This document shows positions 1-11,558 of a DNA stretch of 64,000 bases, one piece after another (the stretch's first letter is position 1; each line of letters starts with the position of its first letter). The notes under the pieces were generated by a model, which saw only the letters and a program-made list of their open reading frames with translations, was not told the origin of the DNA and did not search any database. Source of the DNA: Botryllus schlosseri (Eukaryota). A program made the translations under genes and the position numbers. The stretch spans positions 994,001 through 1,058,000 of the forward strand of contig CM119371.1 in assembly GCA_051294905.1 (NCBI GenBank). The letters are read 5' to 3'.

Positions 1-827
1 ATAGTACAAACTTTTTACTTAGCTAGCCAATGTATTTCCTGCCTGTCATTATCAGAAAATAGTTGCCTATGTGTGACGTGGGCGTTCCCAAGTCATGAAA
101 GGTTTAAAACCTTATAGAACTGGATTTCATTCTCCTAGTCAACACATTAATTTCACTTTCTCGGAAATATCAGACATTGAATCGAAATGTCAAAAAAGAC
201 GGGGTTTTGAGTTTGAAATGGGAGAGATTCCTGCCCCAAAAAGTCACCTGCTGTTCGCAGTGAGGGCTCTAAGCGAGCAATGGCTGCACAAACATCGTTC
301 AACAGAATACCGGCATGTCAATTCGCCTAAAGCAACGACATGTGTTTTCTAGTTGTTCGGCAGCTAATTTTTTTTTTTCAAAAGTGCAACTAGAACTAGA
401 ACTACTAAATTTTTAAAATCTGCAACTACGGCTAGAACTAGAACTACTCTATTTTCCAAATCCGCAACTAGAACTAGACTATAACTACTCCAAAAATCGA
501 TAGTTAGTTGTCCATCAACTAACTATATGTTTAGTTTGTACAAGTCCGATATGACTTGGTTCGAGTCATGCGTAATGACTCGAGTCTAAGTCGAGTCAAT
601 ACACAGCTTGGCTCGAGTATAGTCGAGTCATTTCCGTATTTCAAGAAAATGGATCATGTCAAGTCTACTCATCAGAAAATCGCGATTCGAGTAATGACTT
701 GAGTCATTACAACTTTGTCCCAGATATACAAGACCTATTTTGACTATGTGTGGGAGCTGCATTATGGGACATTTGACGACAATGACCATTGATTTTATAA
801 AACAGGATGCACAGATAAAACACTCAC

Positions 828-968
828 GTTGGTCAGGTGGAATTGCCTGAATTCCAGAATTCATATTGTAGTTGATGGTCTTGTGAATTTGATCTCCTGC
901 CACAACGTTGACCGAGCTGTTTATGATCCGTTGATTGATGTTTTCGCCTTCCGCCAAACTTGCAGATC
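828..968 (-). CDS. Internal coding exon (141 bp, phase 1-1): GSASLAEGENINQRIINSSVNVVAGDQIHKTINYNMNSGIQAIPPDQ; paralog of exon 11145-11288
   Basis: Acceptor tctcag at 969-974, donor gtgagt at 822-827, open frame, clear protein similarity to the 11.2-kb exon (GSAxLAxGEN(I/V)N...VNxVAG(D/N)Q). Confidence 0.75.
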
Positions 969-1160
969 CTGAGACACGCGAGAATATTACGTCCGGTATT
1001 CCGATGCATATTCATTAGTAACCACCAAGTTACGATCATGGAAACTTTCCAGAATTTCATATTAATATTAGATTATGCAGCTCCCGAATATTATTATATA
1101 TTTGAAAAATTTAAATAGATGGTTCGTGGTACAGAACCTGAATATAGCTTTTAATTCATA

Positions 1161-1312
1161 TATTGTAGTATAACATTTATTGAACTCAAAGACTTTGAGG
1201 GTGCCTTTTCAAAAGTAAACGGCACACCAAAAGGATTTAAACAGATTTAAAGGTAAAACCAAAAAGGCTAGGTATGACGATACAATCAAAATCACAGACC
1301 ATGAGATTCTCA
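1161..1312 (-). repeat. Dispersed repeat, probably the 3' end of a non-LTR retroelement/SINE; other copies at ~24041-24193 and ~47706-47785
   Basis: Direct similarity among the three copies; minus-strand end has AATAAA and a short AT-rich tail. Confidence 0.5.
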
Positions 1313-2094
1313 AACACAATATTGGTAGTTGATTAAATAGTGAGGACATGCAGATAATTTATATGCTTATTTAAAATGATCCAAACATTGCTTTGATGAT
1401 ATCGCACACGCTTCAGAACAGTGGCGAGATTTCATAGGCTGGTAGACCTCAATAACCAATTTGTCAAAACTATAGAGATGAAAGTCGGTGGTCCCGCTTC
1501 TTAGAACATGATTGAAATTTAAATCTGTGCGCAGCAATCAGTTCATATATTTAGTAATCCCACTTTGGGTTCAGTTCCAGGACATAAAATGTCATCATAA
1601 CCAAATTAGCCCTGATAATACGCATACATAGAACGAATCTACGTAAGACACGCACTGAAATAATTAAAACTGGAGTGACCAATCTGAAATCACACCCGTG
1701 ATCCGAATTACGTCAATCTCGCCCCCCCCTCCTCTACCCTTGATGGTAAAAGATTTCGCGCTAATTTTATCGTCATAGCACAAAACGAAACCATGATGAT
1801 CGCAAACCTAACTGATAGTTTGATGGCATGGAAGATTACGACTGTGTATGAGAGTTTTTTAAATATGAAATTCAGAGTAAATACAGAGCATGAATGGGTT
1901 ATAAATCGAGGTGAGCGCGATTTTTTTAGTTGAGCTCAGCTTTGCGCTCAGCTTACATCAGTGGTTCCCAACGTGGGCGATATCGCCCCCCCCCCCCAGG
2001 GCGCGATTTGGCGGTCTAGGGCGGCGAAAATAACTGAGCTGTACTACAAGTCGGCTGCAACGGAATAGAAATGAAGGAAATGCTGGTCTGGCGT

Positions 2095-2470
2095 CAATCA
2101 ATCAATCGATTTATTAATATTTTCATGATTTTAAAACATCACAAGACTGCGATGCAATGAAAAATGACCATAGTAGTCAACAAACACAATGAACACCCCA
2201 AAACAAACAATATATGTAGCAAGTCTGCGAAGGGTGCTTATAGTTTATAAAATTGATATAAACACTGCATAGACGTCAAATGTAAAACATTTATCATGCG
2301 TAGCCTACGGGATATATTTTGATTGGATTCCTGATGAGGGTGTTGGATATCCTGTATAACTTGTTTTTGACATACTATCTGGCGCAAGTATAGAAACTGG
2401 TGTTCCACTCCCAAGAATAGATCAGTTCAGTCTAGCCGATTCCTCGTTGACATTTTTGGCAAAGCGACCG
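2095..2470 (-). mobile_element. Decayed LINE 3' end with (ATTG)n tail; tail copy on + strand at ~54610-54673
   Basis: caatcaatcaatc...ttattaatattttcat matches the reverse complement of 54610-54673; weak CxxC..EES remnant near 2440-2465. Confidence 0.4.
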
Positions 2471-3065
2471 AATATATTGATTCGGTGTAATTATTATAGC
2501 ATTCAATTGTTCCAGTGAATGTATTAGGGGGCATTTGAAAGTCAGCATGTACTTCACCACTGAGGCATAATATGTCCCGAGATAATGTAGCCGCGGCCCA
2601 AGTCTGCCGAGATTTCCCACTACTTGCTTACTACGTCAAATTTTACTGACTGTATGTTTTAATATACGTGTCTGTATGCGCATTGCGCAGCGTGCGAGAG
2701 TGGAGCTTACGCGTAAGTTCGTTGAAGCGAGAAGACTTGCAATATCGGCATTTACAATGTACTCAAGCCTAATGTCGTTTGTTGTAATCATGGTATTTGT
2801 CGACTACAATGGTCATTTACACCAGGCTGATATTTCTTATTTTTGATTTCGTACCCGCCGACTTGTAGCACGGAAAATTTGGAAGATAATATTCAAACTA
2901 CTCAAACGTGTGAAGTTTCCGTAGATTTTGAACTCATAAATATGCTACTGGTTCAACTGTCTAAAACTACGAGGTATCCTTGTTTTATTTGTGAATGGGA
3001 CAGTAGAAATCATTGAATTAAATGTAAGTGGCCAATGAGGGAGTATCTTGCACCAGGCTCTACAA

Positions 3066-3374
3066 CAGTGGTTCCCAACGTGGGCGATATCGCCCCCCAG
3101 GGGGCGATTTGGTGGTCTCGGGGATAGGGGGGGGCGAAAATGACGGTGGCGATAGGGAGGGAGGGATGACGCGTCTAAACGACTGACCTTTTTCTTTAGT
3201 CAACCCACGGAAATTTAGTTACAAAAGTGTCAAATTAGACATCGACCCGATAAGATGACCTTTTTTTGTTTTTGTTTTTTCAGTCAACCTGCCGGTGATT
3301 ACAGTTGGTGTTGGCGATGATCGGTGTTGAGCTTGAAAAGGGGTCGATGGGTCGAAAAAGGTTTGGAACCACTG
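3066..3374. mobile_element. Non-autonomous hAT (Buster/Charlie-type) MITE; same family at 25273-25617, 59480-59875 and a fragment at 1959-2035
   Basis: TIR CAGTGGTTCC(C/A)AAC; exact 8-bp TSD CTCTACAA (3058-3065, 3375-3382). Confidence 0.9.
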
Positions 3375-4416
3375 CTCTACAACGTTGCAGAGCCTGCTCT
3401 GATCGACATATGTAACGTTGTATTTCCCCAATGATAGCCTATATATCAAACCATCTCATGAAAAAGTTTTCAAATGCTGTTTTCAAAAAGAGTTCACGTT
3501 GTTAATGCATCCACGAAAAGTTTCCTCTCTCGAGTTAATACAATAGAGTCTGTAAGAGTATATTTGTTGTACCTCAGAACACTCACCAAAACCCCATATT
3601 TCTTATTAGGAATGCGTATTTGGAAAAATACTACATGACTATCTTTCATGCAAGTTGCATCCAAATTTCCTAGAAACACCAAGTATCGTGAGGGCGTCAG
3701 TGCCTCGCCAGCCATGAACCTCACCGGACGTCACTCGTGTACCATAATGTTTTAAGTGTGTAGTACTAGGATTAGGTTAGCCCGGTGCTTTTCAACCTGT
3801 GTGACGGTTCGCACTTGTGCGAATGAAAAAAATGTAGTGCGAATGACGAAGGTGGTGCGAATGGTGCAAATGAAAATCCGGATCAAGTGCGAATGAAAAT
3901 CGTCATTAATTGTAAACTTTTTTGACGTGGAATAATTCAAATAAACCTAATTTAGGAAATTTAGGATCATTGTAACTTTCGTAGTTGCAACGCAATTGTA
4001 AACACTTAATACGACACACCATTAATCGTAGCTCTTACAAGCCGTAGGGAATTAACATTCCCGCACTATAATTATTACGTAACCAAAAGCCTGATTTGGA
4101 AGCTGGTGTATAGTGGCAGTATGGAGATCTCTACAATCTAGATCTGCTTTCTTTCGCTAAACAATTATTAGATTTTCGTAATAACTGTTCGATTAGCGTG
4201 AGGCACGAGAATAGTAGTAAATAACATCATTACAGACACACATTTGCAAGTTTACTGTAACCCAAATTTTGACCCCTTCAAAGACCATAAAGGGTATAAT
4301 TTTGGGTCGACATGGTGCCAGAGCTATCGGTTAATTGTAATATTTATTGAATTTATTGCAAAAAATCCTGCGATCGTTTTTATATATCCAAGGTCACTGT
4401 GTTCGACACTCTAGCC

Positions 4417-6291
4417 CAGTGGTTCTTAACCTTTTTTCCTCCAGCGCCCCCTTTCAAAGATTATCGTGCTCCAGCGCCCCCCAACCTCATATTGTAAGGA
4501 ATGTAATAAAGACAATGAGTAAGAGGGAGGGCCGTAACAGCACTTCGTCAACTCCCCAAAAAACGATTGCCTTGCGCACCCATACCTTGATAAACCAAAA
4601 TTCTGAAGGCTTCGATCCCAAGAACCCCGTAGCGTGATTTCGATGGTCAGCAAAGTTTGTGTGGCCTGGTCGCCCTAGGTGTCAAAATTTTCTATAATGC
4701 ATGAATGAATAGGTGGTAATTACATATATACGTCGCTATGAACATTTTATCCTCTCAGCCCACGTAATCAGATTTACCAGTAGCGCTGAGTGACCTGTTG
4801 TATTGGAAAATAAAGGTCACGTAATTGATAATTAAACATATTCGGGCGTGCCCGTAGGTACAATTAATTCGTTACCAGGGCCGTAACAGCACTTCGTCAG
4901 CCCCCCCCCCAAAAAAAGGGTGTTCTAGGGCCTCCCATAGGGTGATAAACCAAACTTCCTAGTGGCTTCGCCCCCAGACCCCCCTTTGGCTATCCGCTAT
5001 TTGCTGATACTGGTCATCTACATTGGGTGTCCTTTTACTGAGCCAGCTATTCTCGCCCAGACGCGCGAAGCGCGAAAAATTTCACTAATTATTTATTGAA
5101 TTGGTCAATATGATCGGAAATTGCATATATGTTGATATAAATTTTTATCCTCTCTCTGCTAACGTAAACAGATTTACCGGTAGAGCTGAGTGATGTGTGA
5201 TTGAAAAGGTAGGACCCCTCAATAATTATTATGCATCTTCGGGCGTATACCCGTTGGCAGGAACGAAACGACGCTTCGTCTGGCCCCCGGAAAAAACTTG
5301 GGTCTTGGGCTCCCATATGGTGATAAACCGACAGCCCCCCTCACGTTGTTCGCTTTTGCCACGAAAGCAGCTGTACTGTTTAGCGAGCCAGTGCAAAGCG
5401 CGAAAATTTTCGATAATTCATGATAAAATCGGTCAATAAGATCGGGAATTGCATATATATTGCTATTAATTTCTTGTTCTCTCTGCTCACGTTACCAGAT
5501 TTACCGGTGAGAGCTGAGTGAGGTGAAATGTTCCCTCTAAGCTGCGCACGTGCGCAGTGCTGACACGGTCTCTGCGCACAGAAAATCTACGTTGCGCACA
5601 ACAAATCCGATGTTATGAACTTTTTTTATTCGCTACGCACTGTTGTTCAAGGGTCTGCGCAGTGAGTTGGTGAGTGTGCGCAGACTCGTCAAAACGTAGA
5701 GGGGACATTGTGAGGTGTCTTGGAAACTGTAGGGCCCGTAACTAATAATTAAACATATTCTGGCGGGCGGACCCGTTGGTATGACTTCGTTGCATGATGT
5801 TATTTCGTGACCTCCTGTCTGCTATATCAAAAAATATAGAATCGCCCAACAGGGATATCGCCCAACAGGGATATCTAGTTCTATATATCCCTTCGCCCAA
5901 TCGTACTAAACTAAAAGACGCACATGATTTCAAATTGGTATTTCTTCACTGGCATATAATTTTTCCCAGCCAGATGGAATTCGTCTTCTGAGGTTCAGAT
6001 TGCCAAGACAGGAACATTTGGTGCCAGTCATTTAGGCGCCCATGGACAATTAAACCTATATGTCTTTTGTAGGCTATATATAACGAAGTTTTCGATGTTA
6101 ATTCGCTCTGAATACTCATTAAGGATATGTCCTACTACCACATCATCTACTGCGAAGCCATTTTTCTCCAGCGCCCCCCATATCGCCCCCCTGAGCCCAG
6201 CGCCCCCCATATCGCCCCCAGAGCGTTTCCGCCCCCTTCAAAATCGCCAGCGCCCCTTGGGGGGCGCTGGAGGCAAGGTTAAGAACCACTG
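4417..6291. mobile_element. Nested non-autonomous hAT element containing tandem MITE-derived units and a further small insertion (~5527-5710)
   Basis: TIR CAGTGGTTCTTAACC; exact TSD CTCTAGCC (4409-4416, 6292-6299); AGCGCCCCC subterminal repeats. Confidence 0.9.
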
Positions 6292-6299
6292 CTCTAGCC

Positions 6300-7133
6300 A
6301 ATAAGCGAGACACGCAGTAAATATGGCTTTATCATGAGAATTCATGATAAGATTTGTCCGACTGTTTTTTTCTGGAAAACATGGTCGAAGACCGTTGGGA
6401 TGAACTGGTGTACTGTAGACTGTAGAGGTGCGCAGCGAGCGAGTTCAGGCCTATGAAACTCACTCATTTCGAGGCCAACCCCTTCTGCGTCGGGGTCACA
6501 AGAAGACGTAAAGTTTTGGAAAACAAAACGCTGATAAAATACGGTGCCAAAAACATAAGCAGTGACAAAACCTCGGTCTAAAAATGACCGATGCTGGATG
6601 GCCAAACCGTTCGAAATGGATTGGACATGATCCGTTGTCGGCACGGAATAGTCCCGTTCTTGCAATCTGTGTATAGGCAGTAGTACAACCGCGATACGCA
6701 GAGGAATTTGATCCGCTGTAATTTGAAATCGCGTGCGTCAGTCATGTTTTGTAGAGCTGTGTTGGGTAGAATTGTGATGTGCGCGTTCTGTATGTCGTAC
6801 ATGCCCGTAAAATCGTAGCATACAGCTGTACTAATAAAAATATATTCATTTTGATGGGTGAGGTTCGGGTCGCGAGATGCCACAAAACTCTGATTTTGGT
6901 GGTAGTCTAACTGCTTTACCGTTATTAAACTGTTATGAATTCTCAAGTTAGATTGAGCTAAAGAGTAGAACACACAGTACCGTGAGGTATTTGGTCTTCT
7001 CGTAATCTTGTGAGATAGAAGTTGGAGCAACGTATCATCAGGTAGCGAGCTCTAATGTGTTTACTCTCCTTGATCGTTTTGCACCTTGACCTTATGTACC
7101 AAAGACATAAAGCAAAAGCCTCAACACAAACAT
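6300..7133 (-). pseudogene. Intronless decayed ORF inside hAT 3783-7573, possible F-box-like N-terminus
   Basis: Overlapping ORFs 6578-7030 and 6342-6665 joinable by frameshift; N-terminal GAKRSRRVNTLE/SLPDDTLLQLLSH...FYSLAQSNLRI; reading appears to continue across the nested insertion to AATAAA near 4345-4360. Confidence 0.35.
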
Positions 7134-7586
7134 GTTGGTTTTTCATCCTTTTGGCGAACTGGAGCCTCGCGGGACCTTTGTGTCAGCTCTCAAAAACGAT
7201 TTCTGCCAGCATGCATTTTTCACTCGCGAAAAATACGCTGTATTTTGGATAGGAGTGCAGAACAGATTTTGAGGCCAGGTCATTCAAGCACTAGTAGACG
7301 TTCTTGTACAAATTTTCAGCAACATTGTTTGGCCGAGAAGGGTTTTAGTCAAATAATTTAAAGCGAAACGAGCGTAAAAAGTTCCCTTTTTAATGAGACA
7401 CTTGACAGCTTAAGCTACATATTTGCCAATTAGTTGCATATCGGAAAGAACATGCTGTTAAGTAGGCTTATCTTCATCTTGTTTTTGTATAACAGTTTTG
7501 GATTAGTTTGTGCGAATAAAATTTATTTCACAAAAAAAGTGCGAATGGAGCTCAAAAAGGTTGAAAAGCACTTGGTTAGCCTATAT

Positions 7587-9226
7587 CAGTGGTTCTCAAC
7601 ATTTTTGACCTCGCGACACACTTTGAAAACGAAAAATAGTTCGCGGCACACTAGCACAGTGGTTCTGAACTCTTTTGGCTTACGGCACAGGCAAACTACC
7701 AGAATGCGTATAGCAGCAACCATAGTCTTACAGAGGTGGTCACTGACGAAATATTTCTACCTTTTAGGAGCACTCAAGCAGGCTTTTCTCTGCTTGAGTT
7801 TTCTTGTATCTCAGCGGACATCTCACAAATACGTATGCGAATGGTATCATTAGACATGGGAATCGTTTACAATTCTTCCCAAACATTTCTTTACAATTTT
7901 ATTGCAGGCCGGAAGAATAACTTTCTCCACTTCCGTGCGAAGTTTTGAATTATCCGCTTACCACATAACTGGCCTGCTGAGATCTCGTTTAAACTTTAGG
8001 TTGAGCTTAATTTCATGAGATTGGCTTGACAATAAAGTCTGTCCACTAACGCATTGTCGATGTAATTAACCGTCGCATCGAAGAGTCCAGTCGCGATCGC
8101 CACTAACCGATACAGATGCGTAGAAGTGTATTATGCCAAACGCATTTCCACGCAAATCGTGTAATGGCACCTGTGGGGATAGTAGGCTATATACCTCAAT
8201 AGCGTTGCTGGCAGCCACCCGCAGTTGAATTGCAGTTCCAACAAACCGGAATAATAAACCTCCGCGGCGGAGAAATTTGTAACTGATTATAATTTTATTA
8301 ACTTTATTGTCAATTCTCGAATTTGCCGCCTGCAATATAACTCTGCGCCCTGAGCCTACATTTTACCTCCAGTGCTGGCACGCTACCTACCAATCGCATA
8401 GTGAATGGCTATGTTGGTAATTCTAATTTGTAAACATGAACATCACTTCCAAATGAGTTCATTTCTCGATGGTGAGAATGCCTTCCTAGGTGTTGGAGGT
8501 TTATGTAGGCTGCTACTCGTCATCCGACCGCAAAAGCAGTGTCTTACAAAAAGTGGGAGGCCGTGCTATAAGTTGGCATCTCAGGAATCAAAATAAGTAA
8601 TATCGGTATGGTGTAAAATGATCATCGATTACAAAGACATGGCAAGAATACGACTACAAATAGAAACAGAAAAAGATCATCAACCTGCGTCATGTCCCTG
8701 TTCTGCATCCGATTCTGATGGGGGTGACAAGTATAAGGTGAACACCTTCAGCCACACCTCAATATCACGGTACAATGGCCCGAGTTTAGTTATCACCGTT
8801 CTAAATGCTACTATGCGTGGGCAAACTAGCGTATCACCCTCATTGACGGTGGAGGCCCCACTTTGATTCATGGCAGTGCAGTAGCAAGTTACGAAGAATC
8901 GCAGATTTATTAGATTCTCCGCCCCTATACGTTGCTGTGCTCAGAGCGTCTTTACAGTATGAAGCCCAGAGAAATACCCAATCCATGACCTAATGGGGAT
9001 GTCAGATTGAGATACGGTCGCCTCGACATCCTTATATCTGTTCACTGCATCGTATTGTGCATCGCGTGTCTTGATCGGGTAAATTCAACAGAAAAACCGA
9101 CAATGACACACTCAAAATTTGGATTTTTCTTATACTTCGACATAATTTACCACATTTGCTCGTGGCACACCGGAGCAGTCCAATTGGCACACTAGTGTGC
9201 CGCGGCACACGGGTTGAGAACCACTG
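7587..9226. mobile_element. Decayed hAT (Buster/Charlie) element
   Basis: TIR CAGTGGTTCTCAAC; exact TSD GCCTATAT (7579-7586, 9227-9234); GCGGCACAC subterminal repeats; frameshifted IPFA.TYLCE dimerization-domain remnant on minus strand near 7820-7850. Confidence 0.85.
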
Positions 9227-9987
9227 GCCTATATGGATTGGGTATACTGGGGATTTCCAGATCCACAGCACAATGGACTCGCCATCACAATCCATATTAC
9301 AGTGGATCACCTCGAACCTTTGTCAAAAGTCATGTGTGAACAAGTATGTGATCTTATGACGTCACGTGATGTCATATTGCTGATTCCAACCCTACATTTC
9401 AGTATTCACGATTCCCAGTGACAACTCAGGCCAGATTATGCCATAATGCTTTAGTAAGCTACGTGCCGACAGCAATCCCGACAATGTATTCGGCATCTAT
9501 TTCTCTAATCACGTCACAATTTTTCGCAAAAATCGAATTACATTTTTTTCACAAACGGCTATGATAAATGTCTTGTGTTTCTAAGAACATCGTATAGCTC
9601 TCACCGAAATAGCATTAAAAAGCTGCAACTTGCAAAAGATCTATTAATTCAAGCTTCGCATGCTCAAATAAGACAAGCAGCGTGATTAGTGCAGGTTTTA
9701 CGGACCATATGTGGCGCACACGACGAATATCATGTATATTGGGATCGAATTAGTTCTAGCATGACGTCACGGTTTTCAATTATGACGTAGAAGACATTGA
9801 CATGAATGGCTCTTTGGGAGTTTGAACGGGAAAATAGGGTCAATATGGCTCCCCGAAAAAAAAGAGGTTTCCGACCCCTGCTTTAAACATTTGGCCACAT
9901 GATCGAGCAATCGCGGTACTTCATCCGGGCTATACTGATGGCTTCCATTGCGTTTAATCGAAGTATCAACAAGATGATGCCCATAAC

Positions 9988-11027
9988 CAGGCCGTGTTAT
10001 TTTTGGCATATGCCAAAACTGCCAAAAAATAACTTATTTTTGGCATTTTTCGATTTTTGTTTTTGGCAGTTTTGGCATCGTCCTCTAAATAGATAGTTTC
10101 CGCCTCGAATTAGTCACAAAAACGTTGTATTTGGGCTAGTTTGTCAAAAGACACCACAAAATGGGCAGCATCCACGTATAATCAGTGCCAACAAACAATA
10201 AGAATAAGAAAAGAACTAATGATTTCATAGGTTAATAATATCAAACGAAACCACAAAATTCGCCAGTGCCATCGATCTCATCGCGGAAAGAATTTCCTTC
10301 CCGATCCTTTTCCGGGAGTTTCCTGTGTTGTCTCTCAACACATTCTATTTAGTAGCCCGACTATCATTTCTCCTACAGTCTACCGATATATTTTCGGAGG
10401 ACTTTTGTCACTTCAGGTGGCTTTAATAATACCAAATCGCATGGAAGAGTTCTGGCTTGTTTAAGAACTTTGACGCAACAAGACTGTCTGGCAAAACGAT
10501 ACTATACAGCTCAGAAATAGCCAGACAGTTTGTTGCGTCACAATATTCAACTCGATCACAATGCAAAAATCGTGGTTGATTTTGGGGGATCCAGTTCCGT
10601 GAGAAGAATATAATTTATATTTCAATAATCAGTACTGCGGCAGCTTCTCATTGATACCCGTTTTATAAAATTTAGCGCTCGACAAACCGGTTAAAAATGG
10701 TCGTAAAATTGCCTTTGGACAAATGGAAAGTATGACGTAAACCAAACGTAGTCAGCCGTTCAATCTCGCTGTGCCCACACCATTTAGAACGCCATGCTTT
10801 CACTCCTAATGGGTGGGCTGGACCGAGAATACGAAACCTGCCTTTCACTAACGCTCTTCTCGCTTGTAACGCGGTCCTATTAACACAACACCATGAACGA
10901 AATACACTATTTGGCCGGCCGTGTTATTTTTGGCATATGCCAAGAATTGCTTATTTTTGGCATTTTCAAATTTTTATTTTCAAATTTTGGCATTTGGCTT
11001 CGGAAATGCCAAAAATAACACGGCCTG
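9988..11027. mobile_element. Non-autonomous hAT-like element
   Basis: TIR CAGGCCGTGTTATTTTTGGCAT; exact TSD CCCATAAC (9980-9987, 11028-11035); TTTTGGCA repeats. Confidence 0.88.
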
Positions 11028-11144
11028 CCCATAACACTAACAAAATTATCATGTCTACTTTTTCACACATTTTGCCAGTTCTTGAAAAAGTGCCTCGAGG
11101 TGGACCAGTCTCTCCCATATAGGATGAAAAACCATTCAACTTAC

Positions 11145-11288
11145 CATGACTCGATGGAGTAGCTTCTCCTTCAGAACTGGTGAAGTTGAACACATTTTTT
11201 ACGATCGTCTGATTTCCGGCCACAAGGTTTACCGGGCTCTTGCTGAACGTCAGATTCACATTTTCACCTTGAGCCAAAGTTGCAGAAC
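11145..11288 (-). CDS. Coding exon 2 (144 bp, phase 1-1): GSATLAQGENVNLTFSKSPVNLVAGNQTIVKNVFNFTSSEGEATPSSH
   Basis: Acceptor tttttag, donor gtaagt, open frame, in phase with exon 11483-11558 across a 194-bp intron. Confidence 0.78.
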
Positions 11289-11482
11289 CTAAAAAACAAT
11301 TGAGTAATGTATTACGTGCCCAGTTACATACATGTTCTTTTCATAAAATAAAGTGGGATTCTATTAGGTTCTTCGATACATTTCTGTATATTCTTTACAC
11401 AGCGAGCGAAATGTGCTGAATTTAAATAACTATACAACTGTTTAATAAGTGGTCTGCGCTAAAAACAACAGACATTACTCAC

Positions 11483-11558
11483 CCCTTGCTTGCGGTGATA
11501 ATGAAGTAGGCATTTCTTCAGCGACACCTGAATCGTGATCTTGACCCCCTTCTGCCAT
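11483..11558 (-). CDS. First coding exon: MAEGGQDHDSGVAEEMPTSLSPQAR(G); gene probably continues past position 1
   Basis: gccATGG start context at 11558, donor gtgagt, phase 1 matches next exon; upstream acceptor tttccag near 11603. Confidence 0.72.

Larger units (their letters stand above)
3783..7573. mobile_element. hAT-type element carrying a non-transposase cargo ORF remnant, interrupted by nested element 4417-6291
   Basis: Termini cggtgcttttcaacc / ggttgaaaagcactt, GTGCGAATG subterminal repeats at both ends, exact TSD GGTTAGCC (3775-3782, 7574-7581). Confidence 0.8.

Noticed and set aside
8680..8871. EQGHDAG as a paralog of GQDHDSG in exon 1
   Set aside because: Very short match lying inside a hAT element; probably chance.
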